The notes below the pieces were generated by a model. That model was given only the letters and a program-made list of their open reading frames with translations. It had not been told where the DNA came from and did not search any database. From positions 49,788,001 through 49,852,000 of the forward strand of contig NC_086097.1 in the NCBI RefSeq assembly GCF_963921235.1: a stretch of DNA of 64,000 nucleotides. Reading direction: 5' to 3'. Positions within the stretch are counted from its first letter, which is position 1. The number at the start of each line of letters is the position of its first letter. Positions 35,561 through 45,899 of the stretch are shown piece by piece. This DNA comes from Mobula hypostoma. Lineage: Eukaryota. Position numbers and translations under genes: made by a program.

Positions 35561-38500
35561 TAGGTCTGTAGGTCTCTCTCTCTCTGAATCTATAAACACA
35601 GATCCACTGGGAAAAGAGAATAAACCATGGGTAATAGGGGGTATTACATGCAGTTACCAAAATAAATAATGAGTCAGAAGCCAAGCCCACTGGAGTTTAG
35701 TTTTTAGCGTGTTATAGCAAGTACTGTATATTTTGAGAACAAAATAGGAAACCAATTTAGTAGGGGAAAAGTGTCTGGAAATAATAGTGGAAAGGGAAAG
35801 TAGAGAGTCAGCTTGTGGATTCAACAGTGGCTTCAAAAACTCAGTGGTTGCTGCTCCTTGGTCATGGAAGCTGATACAAATGGAAATGCAGAAGTTCAAG
35901 AACTGGGCATCATCAGCCTTTCTCACTGGCCGTAAAATCAGCCTCATCTTGTACACATCTTTCAGCTGCAATAGAAATAGACAGAAGTTTGGGCACCATG
36001 TTGATTCCTGTGTTCGTTTTCAGTGTTGGGCAGGTTTCCCTCAAGTAATACCTAACTTGAAGCAACTGAGAGTCATTTGGATGAAATGACAAGGTAGGAA
36101 TTCTAAAATGCTGGTTATTATAGTTGCACTATACTTTTTTGGGCTTCTGAATTGCAAGGAAACCATGAATGATCCAATTTAATTCTGACCTTGAGGTGTA
36201 ATTACGATCCAGCAGGTTGTCCAAGAGTTGCTGTGATGTTTTGCAGACAGAGCCCAGTCTGTTGAGAGGACATCCAGCTTTCGTTCCAATTGCACAATTG
36301 ATAGCTCACCGATACCGCAAAAGGAAAATGAGTTGGAGCGCGCGCATACAAACACATTCCAACACCACTGACAGATGCAAAAAAACATGGGCGAGGAAGA
36401 GAAGAATTTAAGCAGTCCTTGACACCAACTTTCCAGAGACGTTTGGAAGGGGTGGGGAGAAGTGTTGAGAATAACCTTCATGCAAAGACAAGACCAGTTA
36501 CAAGAGCATGCAGAGGTCAAGAAATCTCTGCATTCTCCTTTCTCCCAGCAGATGGTCTGATTAATCCCAATGCCTTCACTACAGAAACACACCTCCTCTG
36601 GGTTTGTTCCTCTCACTCATTATGTCAACGTTAGGTACAGAATGAGCTACGAGTCTGAATCACACCCCAATGAGCACCACAGGCCCTCGAATGGCTCAGC
36701 TCTCCAATACTTACCATCTTACTTGCAAGCTTACAAACAAAAACAATCTTCCTTCCTTCAAAGATTCAGAAAACATTATACAGATCAAAAGGACACCAAT
36801 TTTTTAAAATATATAAAGCAGGCATGAAGAGAGTTTTAAAAAAATAGCTGAAACAATAATTGCAATCAGTTGACCCTGGATGTTATTGCAAGAACAAAGA
36901 GCACACAAGTGCTGATGATAAATTCCTGTGCACATTGGTAACAGAATCGTTATTCAAATACACTTATTTAAAAACCCATTTCAGCAGCTTCCTCATCTAA
37001 ACACCAAAACAAATTGCCCTCAACCGTCTCTTTGCTAGTGGCAACAGTTCAGGCCCCAGATACAGAGTGGGAAGGGTGCAGGGAGATGAGGTGAGGAAAA
37101 TGAGGCTGGGGAAGGGAAAAAGGGGATTAAAGTAATTTTATGAATTGAAGGATTGTGTTTTTATTTGTCTGAAGTGTCAGTTCTCTTACAGCGACATGCA
37201 GTTTTATAAACGGTCCCCATGATCGGGACAATGTGTCGACTTCCTCCATGTTTCCATAGGCCGGGTTGCAGTGGCCGCCTGGATGAGTGATCAGACCCCG
37301 CATATGCAGTCAGCTGAGGAGCGTCTTCGGGGTCTAGATCTGCACCCCCCACCCCCCTCTCCACACTGCCTGATTAAAAGCCTGGAGGCTGGTCCACCAA
37401 GAAATCTGGCAAAATCCACATGAATCTTCTGCCAGGGCAATGCAGACCATTCCCAGGGATGGAAAGGTGTGGTTTTGGCATCTTCTGGACATGTTGCCAT
37501 CCCCTACAGTGCATGGCAAGCTGTGTGATCTGCTGATCTATCCCAGGCCACCAGACAAGCTTCAAACCAACACCTTCATTTTAACCATGCCTCGGTGAAC
37601 AGCGTGTCGCTCCTCCAATACTTTAGCTCTTGTCTTGGATGGTACAACTTCAATCCCCACATAAGGCAACCTCCATCAAGGGCAAGTTTGTGTCGCTGTT
37701 GGTAAAAATGGGAAACTGGAGTTTCTGTTGCCCATTCCAGCTACTTTGGGTGTCCATGTAGACCTGAGACGGTATGGAGTATTTTCTTGTTTCCCTTTAG
37801 ATCACCTCTGCTGCAGTAGGGAAATTTTTGATTTGCATTGGGGAGAATACATTGAGGAGTATCTTTGTAAATTTTTCCTGTACTTCCTTTTCCAAGGTTA
37901 AAGGAGACAATTCATCAGCATTTCTATGATTAGTCATCCTCTTGAATTCAGTCTCGTAGTTGTGTCATCAAAGAAACAGAGCCCATCTCTGCATTCATGC
38001 TGTAGCTGCTAGAGGAACTCCCTTCAGTGAACTGAAAATGGACACCAGTTTGATGATCAGTAATGACGGTAATACTGGGACTGGTTTACACCCCAAACCT
38101 GGCTCAAAGCTTTTCAGTCAATCTGTGCATAGTTTTTCTCTGCAGCAGTAAGAGAACATGATGCAAAGTCAATGGGGCATTCACTTCCATCACTCATAAC
38201 ATGTGACATCACTGTACCTATAACATAAGGCAAGGCGTCACAGGCGAGCGTCACTGGACAATGTGGATCATAATGTGTGAGTACAGTGTCTGACGTCACC
38301 ATTTCCTTTCCTCTTTGAAGGGTACCTCACACTGCCTTGCCATTTCTTCCTCATCTCCAGTAATGAGTTCGAGGGGTGAAGCCGAATAGCCAGGTTTGGT
38401 AGGAACCTGTTATAGTAGTTGACAAATCCTGAAAAGGAACGCAGCTCTGACACATCCTTTGGCCTTGGGGAATTCACCACTACTTGAGTTTTCTCGGCAC

Positions 38501-39487
38501 ACCTGAGAATTCTTGTGCGTCAATCGTGTGACCACAGTAAGTGATGCTTGGTTTAAAGAATTCACACATTGCTTTGTGCTCTAAGTCCAGAATTTTCTAA
38601 TCGTTTTAACACTGTCTTGAGGTTTTGAAGATGTTCCTTGTCATCCAGGTCACACTGAGTGCCTGAACAACCTTGCAGTACCTGGCCCACAGCTTTTCTG
38701 TCAGAGTGCAGGTGCAGATGCTCTCCAAAAATAAGCCTATTATAGAGATAAAGCCGTTTGTGAAATGCTTATGGCGAGAAACATTTTGGACTTTTCTTCC
38801 ATCGCCAGCTGCAGGTAGGCCTCAGCTAAGTCCACTTTGCTGGAGTGTTTTCCTCCAGAAAGGCTTGCAAAGAGATCCTCTATCCTGGGCAGAGGGTATT
38901 GATCTATTTTCATTACTGGGTTGATGGTGACTTTAAAATCACCACTGATTCTGACAGACCCATTCTTCTTGCCTACTGGGACCACTGGCATTACTCATGG
39001 GCTCTACTCAACCTTGAAAAGAATTTCACAGCCTCCATGCAATCTAGCTCACAGGCTACTTTATTGTGGATGGTATTGGGTACGGGATGGGCTTCGCAAA
39101 ACTTTGGTGTGGCATTTTCATTTAACACTATTTTACCCTTGATATGTTTGAGCTTTCCAATTCCATCCTCGTTGTCAATGTTATCTTGCGTGGCTTCAAA
39201 ACATTTAACTAATTCAAAGGAAGACATGGGAGTTGGGGAATGTGGTTCTAACTTTGTGTTTACTTTAAGCAAGGCATGTATGTATCGTGTTAGCGTGATG
39301 TACACAGTACCAAATCCTAATTTCCAGATTGTAATTTTTTTAGATGTTTTTAAAATTGGAAATGTATGCAAATCCATCATAAATAACATCCATTTTTGTG
39401 GTAACAGTCACTCAATGGCAATTGCAAAAGTAGGTGCAAAGAGCGGTGTCATCTTGGAGTCTGTTTCTTGTAAATTTTATCGTCAAA

Positions 39488-39944
39488 TGAGGGGTGATTG
39501 ATAAGTTCATGGCCTAAGGTAAGAGGAATCAATTTTAGAAAACCTAGCACATTTATCTTTCCTACATTTACACAATTAGTCCAGTGGTCGTGGAGCATAC
39601 AGATCCCTTCTTTGTAGAAGTCAGTGTCTTGGACCTCCAGAAGTGGTCCACAGCAAGGGTGATTGATAAGTTCATGGCCTAAGGTAGAAGGAGATGAGTT
39701 ATTAACTTCAAACTTTCTGCATTTTCACTCAAAGAGTTGAACTGCACGTGAATGTAACAGGAGCTGTATAACTCATCTTCTACCTTAAGCCATGAACTTA
39801 TCAATCACCCCTGCTGTGGACTCCTGGGGGTCCAAGATGATCTCATGTACATGTAGGAGGGGACTATGTTGAAAAATAAATGTGCTAGGTTTTCTAAAAT
39901 TGACTCCTTCTACCTTAGGCCACAAACTTATCAATCACCCCTCG
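39488..39944. mobile_element. Mariner-type MITE with nested inverted repeats
   Basis: Outer inverted repeats of about 70 bp ((C/T)GAGGGGTGATTGATAAGTT..TTTTAGAAAACCTAGCACATTTAT) with TA at 39945-46; inner inverted pair at about 39645-39705 and 39768-39820. Confidence 0.85.
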
Positions 39945-41067
39945 TAAAACACTACTGCATAGAAACAAGCCGTGAAGGAAAAAAATCCTCCCTCAAGTTC
40001 CCCTTAAACATTTCTCTTTCACCCATAACCCATGGGTTCCAGTTTTAATCTCACCCAATCTCAGTGGGAAAAGTCTGCTTGCATTTTCCCAGATCGCTCT
40101 GTTCTACTGCACTCCTCAGTGCCCTATCACTTAGCGTGCAAGACCTATCCTGGTTTGTCCTCCCAAAGTGCAGCACATTACACTCATCTGCATTAAATTC
40201 CATTTGATGTTCTCGCCCATTCTTCCAGTTGGTCCAGATCTCCCCTTAATTTATCTGATTTCCTTCTTAAGTTTTCTCTTGCATTTCTTGTACTCAAGTA
40301 CCTCTTTTGTTCCTATTTGCTTATACCTGCCAGGTGCCTCCTCCTTTTTCTTAACCAGGGGTTCAATAGCTCTCAAAAACCAAGGTTTCCTAAATCTGTT
40401 ATCCTTTTATTTTATTCTGACAGGAACATACAAACTCTGCACTCTCAAAATTTAACTTTTGAAGGCCTCCCACTTACCAAGTACACCTTTGTCTGAAAAC
40501 AATCTGACCCATTCAGTACTTAGTACTTGCTAGATCCTTTCTAATACCATCAAAATTGGCCTTACTCCAATTTAGAATCTCAACCTGAGGACCAAATCTA
40601 ACCTTTTCCATAATTACCTTAAAACTAATACTATTATGATCACTAGATATAAAGTATTCCCCTACACAAATTCCTGTCACCTGTCCTGTCTCATTCCCTA
40701 ATAGGAGATCGAGTCTCGCTTTCTCTCTAGTTGGGGCTTCTATGTTCTGATTAAGGAAACTTTCCTGAATACATTTGACAAACTCTCTCCCATCCACCCT
40801 TTTACAGTATGGGAGTCCCAGTCATATGTGAAAAGTTATAATCACCTAATATCACAACCTTATGTTTCTTGCAACTGTTTGCAATCTCTCTACAAATTTG
40901 CTCCTCTAAATCCTGCAGACTTGAGGATGGTCCATAATATAATCCTATTAACAATTTTTATTCTTCAGTTCTACCCATAAAACCTCACTAGATGAGTTCT
41001 CCAGTCTGTTCTGACTGAGCACTGCCATGACATTTTCCCTGATGAGTAATGCCATCCCTCCCCCTTT

Positions 41068-41591
41068 TACCGCTGTACCATTGAGATCATACTCACCAAC
41101 TGCATCTCAGTGTGGTATGACAATTGTCCCGTATCGGACCGCAAAGCACTCCAGCGTGTGGTGAAAACTGCCCAGTGGATTATCGGCACCCAGTTGCCCA
41201 CCACCATCTACCATAAACGCTGCCTAGGCAGGGTGAAAAGCATTATCAAGGATGCATCTCACCCTAACCATTGACTTTTTACTCTCCTCCCATACGGTAG
41301 GCGCTACAGGAGCCTCCGCTCCTGCACCAGCAGGCTCAGGAACAGCTTTTTCCCTGAGGCTGTGACCCTGCTGAACCTCACATCACAGCGCTAAACAGTA
41401 TTGCACCCATATTGTACTGTCTCAGTACTTCTATATTTGTATGCTGTAGCACTTACTTTTTATTCGCAGTTATTTTATAAATAATACTATTCTTTTGCAC
41501 TTCTGGTTAGATGCTAATTGCATTTCATTCGCTTTGTATCTGTACTCGGCACAATGACAATAAAGTTGAATCTAATCTAATCTAATCTAAT
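41068..41591 (+). mobile_element. Rex1/Babar LINE 3' fragment, same subfamily as 32608-33336
   Basis: Highly similar reverse complement of about 32608-33120; ends in (AATCT)n. Confidence 0.85.
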
Positions 41592-42063
41592 CCCTCCTGC
41601 TCTATCACATCTAAAACAACGGAACCCCAGAACAATGAGCTACCAGTTCTGCTCCTCTTGCAACTAACTCTCACTAATAGCTATAATGCCATAATTCCAT
41701 GTGCTGATCCCATGCCCTAAGCTTATCCCTTTCCTTCAATTCTCCATGTATTTAAATATACACAACTCAGAATATTAATCCCACCATTCTCAACCTTTTG
41801 ATTCTTGACTTGTATGTAAGTTTACCAACATTGTTCTCTTCAACCACTCCACTATCTGTTCTGGCACTCTGGTTCCCATCCCTTTGCAACTCTGCGCTAA
41901 CACCCCCACCCTGGCCATGAGCAATAAAAAACCTTCCCGCTAGGATATTAGTTTCCCTCCAGTTCAGGTACAAACCGCCCCACTGTACAGGTTCCATCTT
42001 CCCTGGAAGGGAGCCCAATGATCCAAAAATCTGAAGCTTTTCCTCCTGCACAATCCCCTTAGC

Positions 42064-44311
42064 CATAAGACATAGAAGCAGAATAGGTCATTCAGCCCAT
42101 CCAGTCTACTCTGCCGTTTCATCTTGGCTGATCCCGGATCCCACTCAACCCCATACACCTGCCTTCTCACCATATCATTTGATGCCCTGACCGAACAGAA
42201 AACGATCAATTTCCGCCTTAAATAGACCTAAGGACATAGCCTCTACTGCAGTCTGTGGCAGAGTATTCCACAGATTCACTACTCTCTGGCTAAAAAAATT
42301 CCTCATTTCTCTTCTAAAAGGTCACCCCTTAATTTTGAGGCTGTGCCCTTTAGTTCTGGATACCCCAGCAAAGGGAACATCTTCTCCACATCCACCCTAC
42401 CTTGTCCTTTCAACATACAGTAGGTTTCAATGAGATCCCCCTGCATTCTTCTAAATTCCAGTGAGTACAAGTTCAAAGATGCCAAACACTCCTCATATGT
42501 TGACCCCTTCATTCCCAGAATCATCCTTGTGAACCTCCACTGGACTCTCTCCAATGACAACACATTCTGAGATGTCGGGCCTAAAACTGTTGGCAATACT
42601 CAAAATGCTGCCTGGCTAGTATCTTATAAAGGCTCAGATTTAACTCCTTGCATTTATATTCTATTCCCCTTGAAATAAATGGCAACATTACATTTGCCTT
42701 CTTTACCACCTGCTCAACTTATAAATTAACCTTCTGGGAGTCTTGCACAAGGACTTCTAAGTCCCTCCACACCTCTGATGTTTGAACTTTATCCCCCATT
42801 TAGATAATACACCGCACTATTGTTCCTTTTACCAGAATGCATTATCATACATTTCCCAACACTATATTCTATCTGCTACTTTTTTGCCCATTCTTCCAAT
42901 TTGTTTAAGTCTTGATAGAATCACATTGCTTCCTCAGCACTACCTGGCCCTCCACCTATCTTCGCGTCATTTGCAAACTTTGCCACAAAGCCACTAATTC
43001 CATTATCCAAATCATTGACAAACAATGTGAAAAGCAACGGTCCCAATACTGATCCCTGAGGAACACCACTAGTCACTCGCAGCCAAGCAGAAAGGGACCC
43101 TTTTATTTTCACTCATTGCCTCTGCCTGTCAGCCATTCTTCTATCCATGCCAGAATTTTTCCTGTAACGCCATGGGATTTCATCTTGTTAAGCAGCCTCA
43201 TGTGTGGCACCTTATCAATCACCTTCTGAAAATTCAAATAAATGAAATCCACTGCCTCTCTTTTGTCCACCCTGCTTGTTACTTCCTCAAAGAACTCTAA
43301 CAGATTTGTTAGGCAAGATTTCCCTTTCCAGAAACCATGCTTACTTTGACTTATATTATCATTAGTTTCCAAGTACTCCAAAACCTCATCCTTAATAACA
43401 GACCCCAACCACTGAGGTTAGGAGTGACACTTGCAATTTTCCAGTCCTCTGGGGCCATGCCAGAATTAAATGATTCTTGAAAGATCTTGACCAATGCATC
43501 CGTTATCTCTTCAGCAACCTCTCTCAGGATTCTGGGATGTAGTCCATCTGGTGCAGGTGACTTATCCACCTTAAGACATTTGAGTTTGCCTAGCACTTTT
43601 TCCCTTTGTAATAGCAATCGCATGTACTCCTGCTCCCTGACACTCACGGACCTCTGGCACACTGCTAGTGTCTTCTACAGTGAAAACAGACACAAAGTAC
43701 CCATTAAATTCACCTGCCATTTCTTAGTCTCTCTTTACTACCTTACCAGCACCATTTTCTGGTGGTCTGATATCAACTCTCACCTCCCTTTTACTCTTTA
43801 TATAACTGAAAAAAAAACTTATGGTATCCTGCTTTATATTATTGGCTGGTTTGCCCTGATATTTCATTTTTTCCCTTTTCATAGCTTTTTTTAGTTGCCT
43901 TTTGTTGGATTTTAAAAGTTTCTCAATCATCCAACTTCCTACTCACTTTTTCTACCTTAAATGCCTGTTCCTTAGCTTTTATGCAGTCCTTAACTTCCCT
44001 TGTTAACCACGGTTGCCTACCCCTGCCATCTGAGAACTTTTTCCTCTCTGGGAGACACATCCATCCTGCACCTTGTGAACGATTCCCAGAAACTTCAGCC
44101 ATCTCTGCTCTGCTGTCATCCCCACCAGTATCCTCCTCCAATCCATCTGGGCAAGCTCCTCCCTCACGCCTCCTGTAAATTCCTTTATTCCATTGTGATA
44201 CTGATACATCTGACATGCTTCTCCCTCTCAAATTGCAGTATGAATTCAATCATATTATGATCACTGACTCCTAAGGGTTCCTTTACATTAAGCTCCCTAA
44301 CAAGATCTGGG
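42064..44311 (-). mobile_element. 5'-truncated CR1 LINE (ORF2 RT) nested in the older CR1 ORF1
   Basis: KSPAPDGLHPRIL, HGF.KGKSCLTNL, VTSGVPQGSVLGP and KFAND motifs; tail at 42064; host resumes tgttaaactgtatg at 44312. Confidence 0.85.
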
Positions 44312-44719
44312 TGTTAAACTGTATGATTTCCTATTTCAGGCCTCACTAACATGTGGCATGAGTAGAAATCCTGAGAGCACAGCTCTGGAGGTCCTGTCAT
44401 TTAACTTGTCCCCTAGCTCCCTGAACTCATTTCTCACCCTTCCTACCCATGTCATTGGTATCAACGTGGGCCATAACCTTTGACTACTCACCCTCTGACT
44501 GAGGAATACTGTGGACTCAATCCGAGATGTCCCTGACCCTGGCACTGGAGAGGTAACATACCATCTGGGAATCTTGTTCATGTCCACAGAACCTCCTTTA
44601 TGTTCCTCTGACCAATGAATCCCCTATAACTACAACTCACCTCTTCTCCTCCCTTCTCTTCTGAGCCACAGAGCCAGACTGAGAGAGACCTGATGGTCTT
44701 ATCTTTCCTCTGCTCGATC

Positions 44720-44935
44720 AATTCCTGCTGCTACTTGTAAGGAGCTTGTACATTCTCCCCGTGACCGTGTGGATTTCCTCAGTTTTCTCCCACATTCCAA
44801 AGTTGTACCTATTGGTAGGTTAATTGGTCATTGTAAATTGTCCTCTGATAAGACTAGGATTAAATTGGGAGATTGTTGGTCGACACAGCTCAAAGGGCTG
44901 GAAGGGCCTATTCTGTGCTGTATGTCAATAAATAA
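44720..44935 (+). mobile_element. V-SINE-like element
   Basis: ttctccccgtgaccgtgtggatttcctc..cccacattccaaag..ggttaattggtcattgtaaattg. Confidence 0.65.
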
Positions 44936-45569
44936 TTAACTAATTAACACGGTCTGTTAGAAACTGCAGCTGGGTGTCAGGGTCACTGGAAGTCTCTGTC
45001 TTCCCATACTCTTTGCAAGAGCATTCCACTATCCTGTCTAGCATGCTGACTGCTCTAAATGCGCAGAAAGAAAAAATAAATAACAAACACAATGTACACC
45101 TCTCCTCGCCGAAGCCTCGATCAGTCAAAGCCTCAACACCTCAATATAACAATAACCCACTCACACAATAGCCTTTCCTCTTCTTTCTTTGTTGTATTTT
45201 GCCAAGTGCCTAATTATGCACCATCCAGTGTCTCCTCGGGAAATGTGGCACACAAAATGAGTCAACTGCCCCCTTTTAAACACTCTCTCCCCCACTCTTG
45301 GGAACTGTGGCATCCAAAATGATGCAGGTGGGGCTTGGAGGAGCAGTGCCTCATATTCTGACTGGATGGCATAAACTTCTCTTACTTTCTAATAACTTGA
45401 TTGCAGAAAAATATCCCAGATGAAAAACTTCCAAGGTTAACCTGATGTTTGTTGGTGGACAATACTCTATAAATATTTTGTGGTCAGCCAAACATACATA
45501 ACAAAGACAGCAATCAATTTAAGGAATTCCAGTGCTGGTGAATTGCCTGGTTATCATATCCCATCAGCC

Positions 45570-45852
45570 AGGGCATGCCCTGGTCTGATTGCTACCATCA
45601 GGAAGGAGATACAGAAGCCTAAAGGCACACACTTAATGATTCAGGAACAGCTTCTTCCCCTCTGAATGGACACTGAAACCATGAACACTACCTCATTACT
45701 TTTAAAATTTTATTTTAGTGCTAGTTATTTTAACTATTTAATATATATGATTACTCTAATTCCATTTTTTTCCTATTATGTATTACATTGTACTGCTGCT
45801 GCAAGGCAACAAATTTCACGACATATATAGTAATATTAAACCTGATTCTGAT
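45570..45852 (+). mobile_element. Rex1/Babar 3' end fragment
   Basis: ctaccatcaggaaggagatacagaagcct..aggaacagcttcttcccc; (ATTCTG)-type tail. Confidence 0.6.
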
Positions 45853-45899
45853 ATAAAGAACATCATAAGAGGGTACAACTGGTGATCAACTGCAGCTAG

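Larger units (their letters stand above)
32505..39310 (-). mobile_element. Decayed Ty3/Gypsy LTR retrotransposon with nested insertions
   Basis: 3' LTR at 32505-33478 (TGTT..AACA), interrupted by a Rex1 copy; polypurine tract AGCAGGGAGGAG at 33479-33490 (minus). Integrase: VWWPGID, IHVDFA, DATTQWPEV, ERFVQSL. RNase H: LACDA, AEKNYAQID. RT: PVVPVGKKNGSVRISGDFKVTINP, YPLPRIEDLF. Partial second LTR at about 39195-39310. RT-RH-IN order is the Gypsy order. Confidence 0.85.
39950..44700 (-). mobile_element. Old CR1 LINE (RT pieces, endonuclease, SGNH-esterase-type ORF1) carrying two nested insertions
   Basis: DGREFVKCIQESFL..LDLLLGNE..SDHNSISF; ORF1 remnants FRFLDHW..GRWNLY and EFRELG..RTSRAVLSG; host sequence resumes collinearly after each insert. 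Confidence 0.75.

Noticed and set aside
34430..37395. GGACCAG...CTGGTCC as terminal inverted repeats of the 3 kb insert
   Set aside because: Only 7 bp, and the left copy is explained by the degenerate CR1 tail (ataagaccataagaca-like); no matching target duplication.
38845..39501. 218-aa plus-strand ORF
   Set aside because: Antisense to Gypsy pol and LTR remnants; no recognisable protein.
39488..39944. CRISPR-like repeat array (four ~30 bp repeats)
   Set aside because: The repeats are in inverted, nested arrangement with irregular spacing, in eukaryotic context with no cas genes; this is a MITE.
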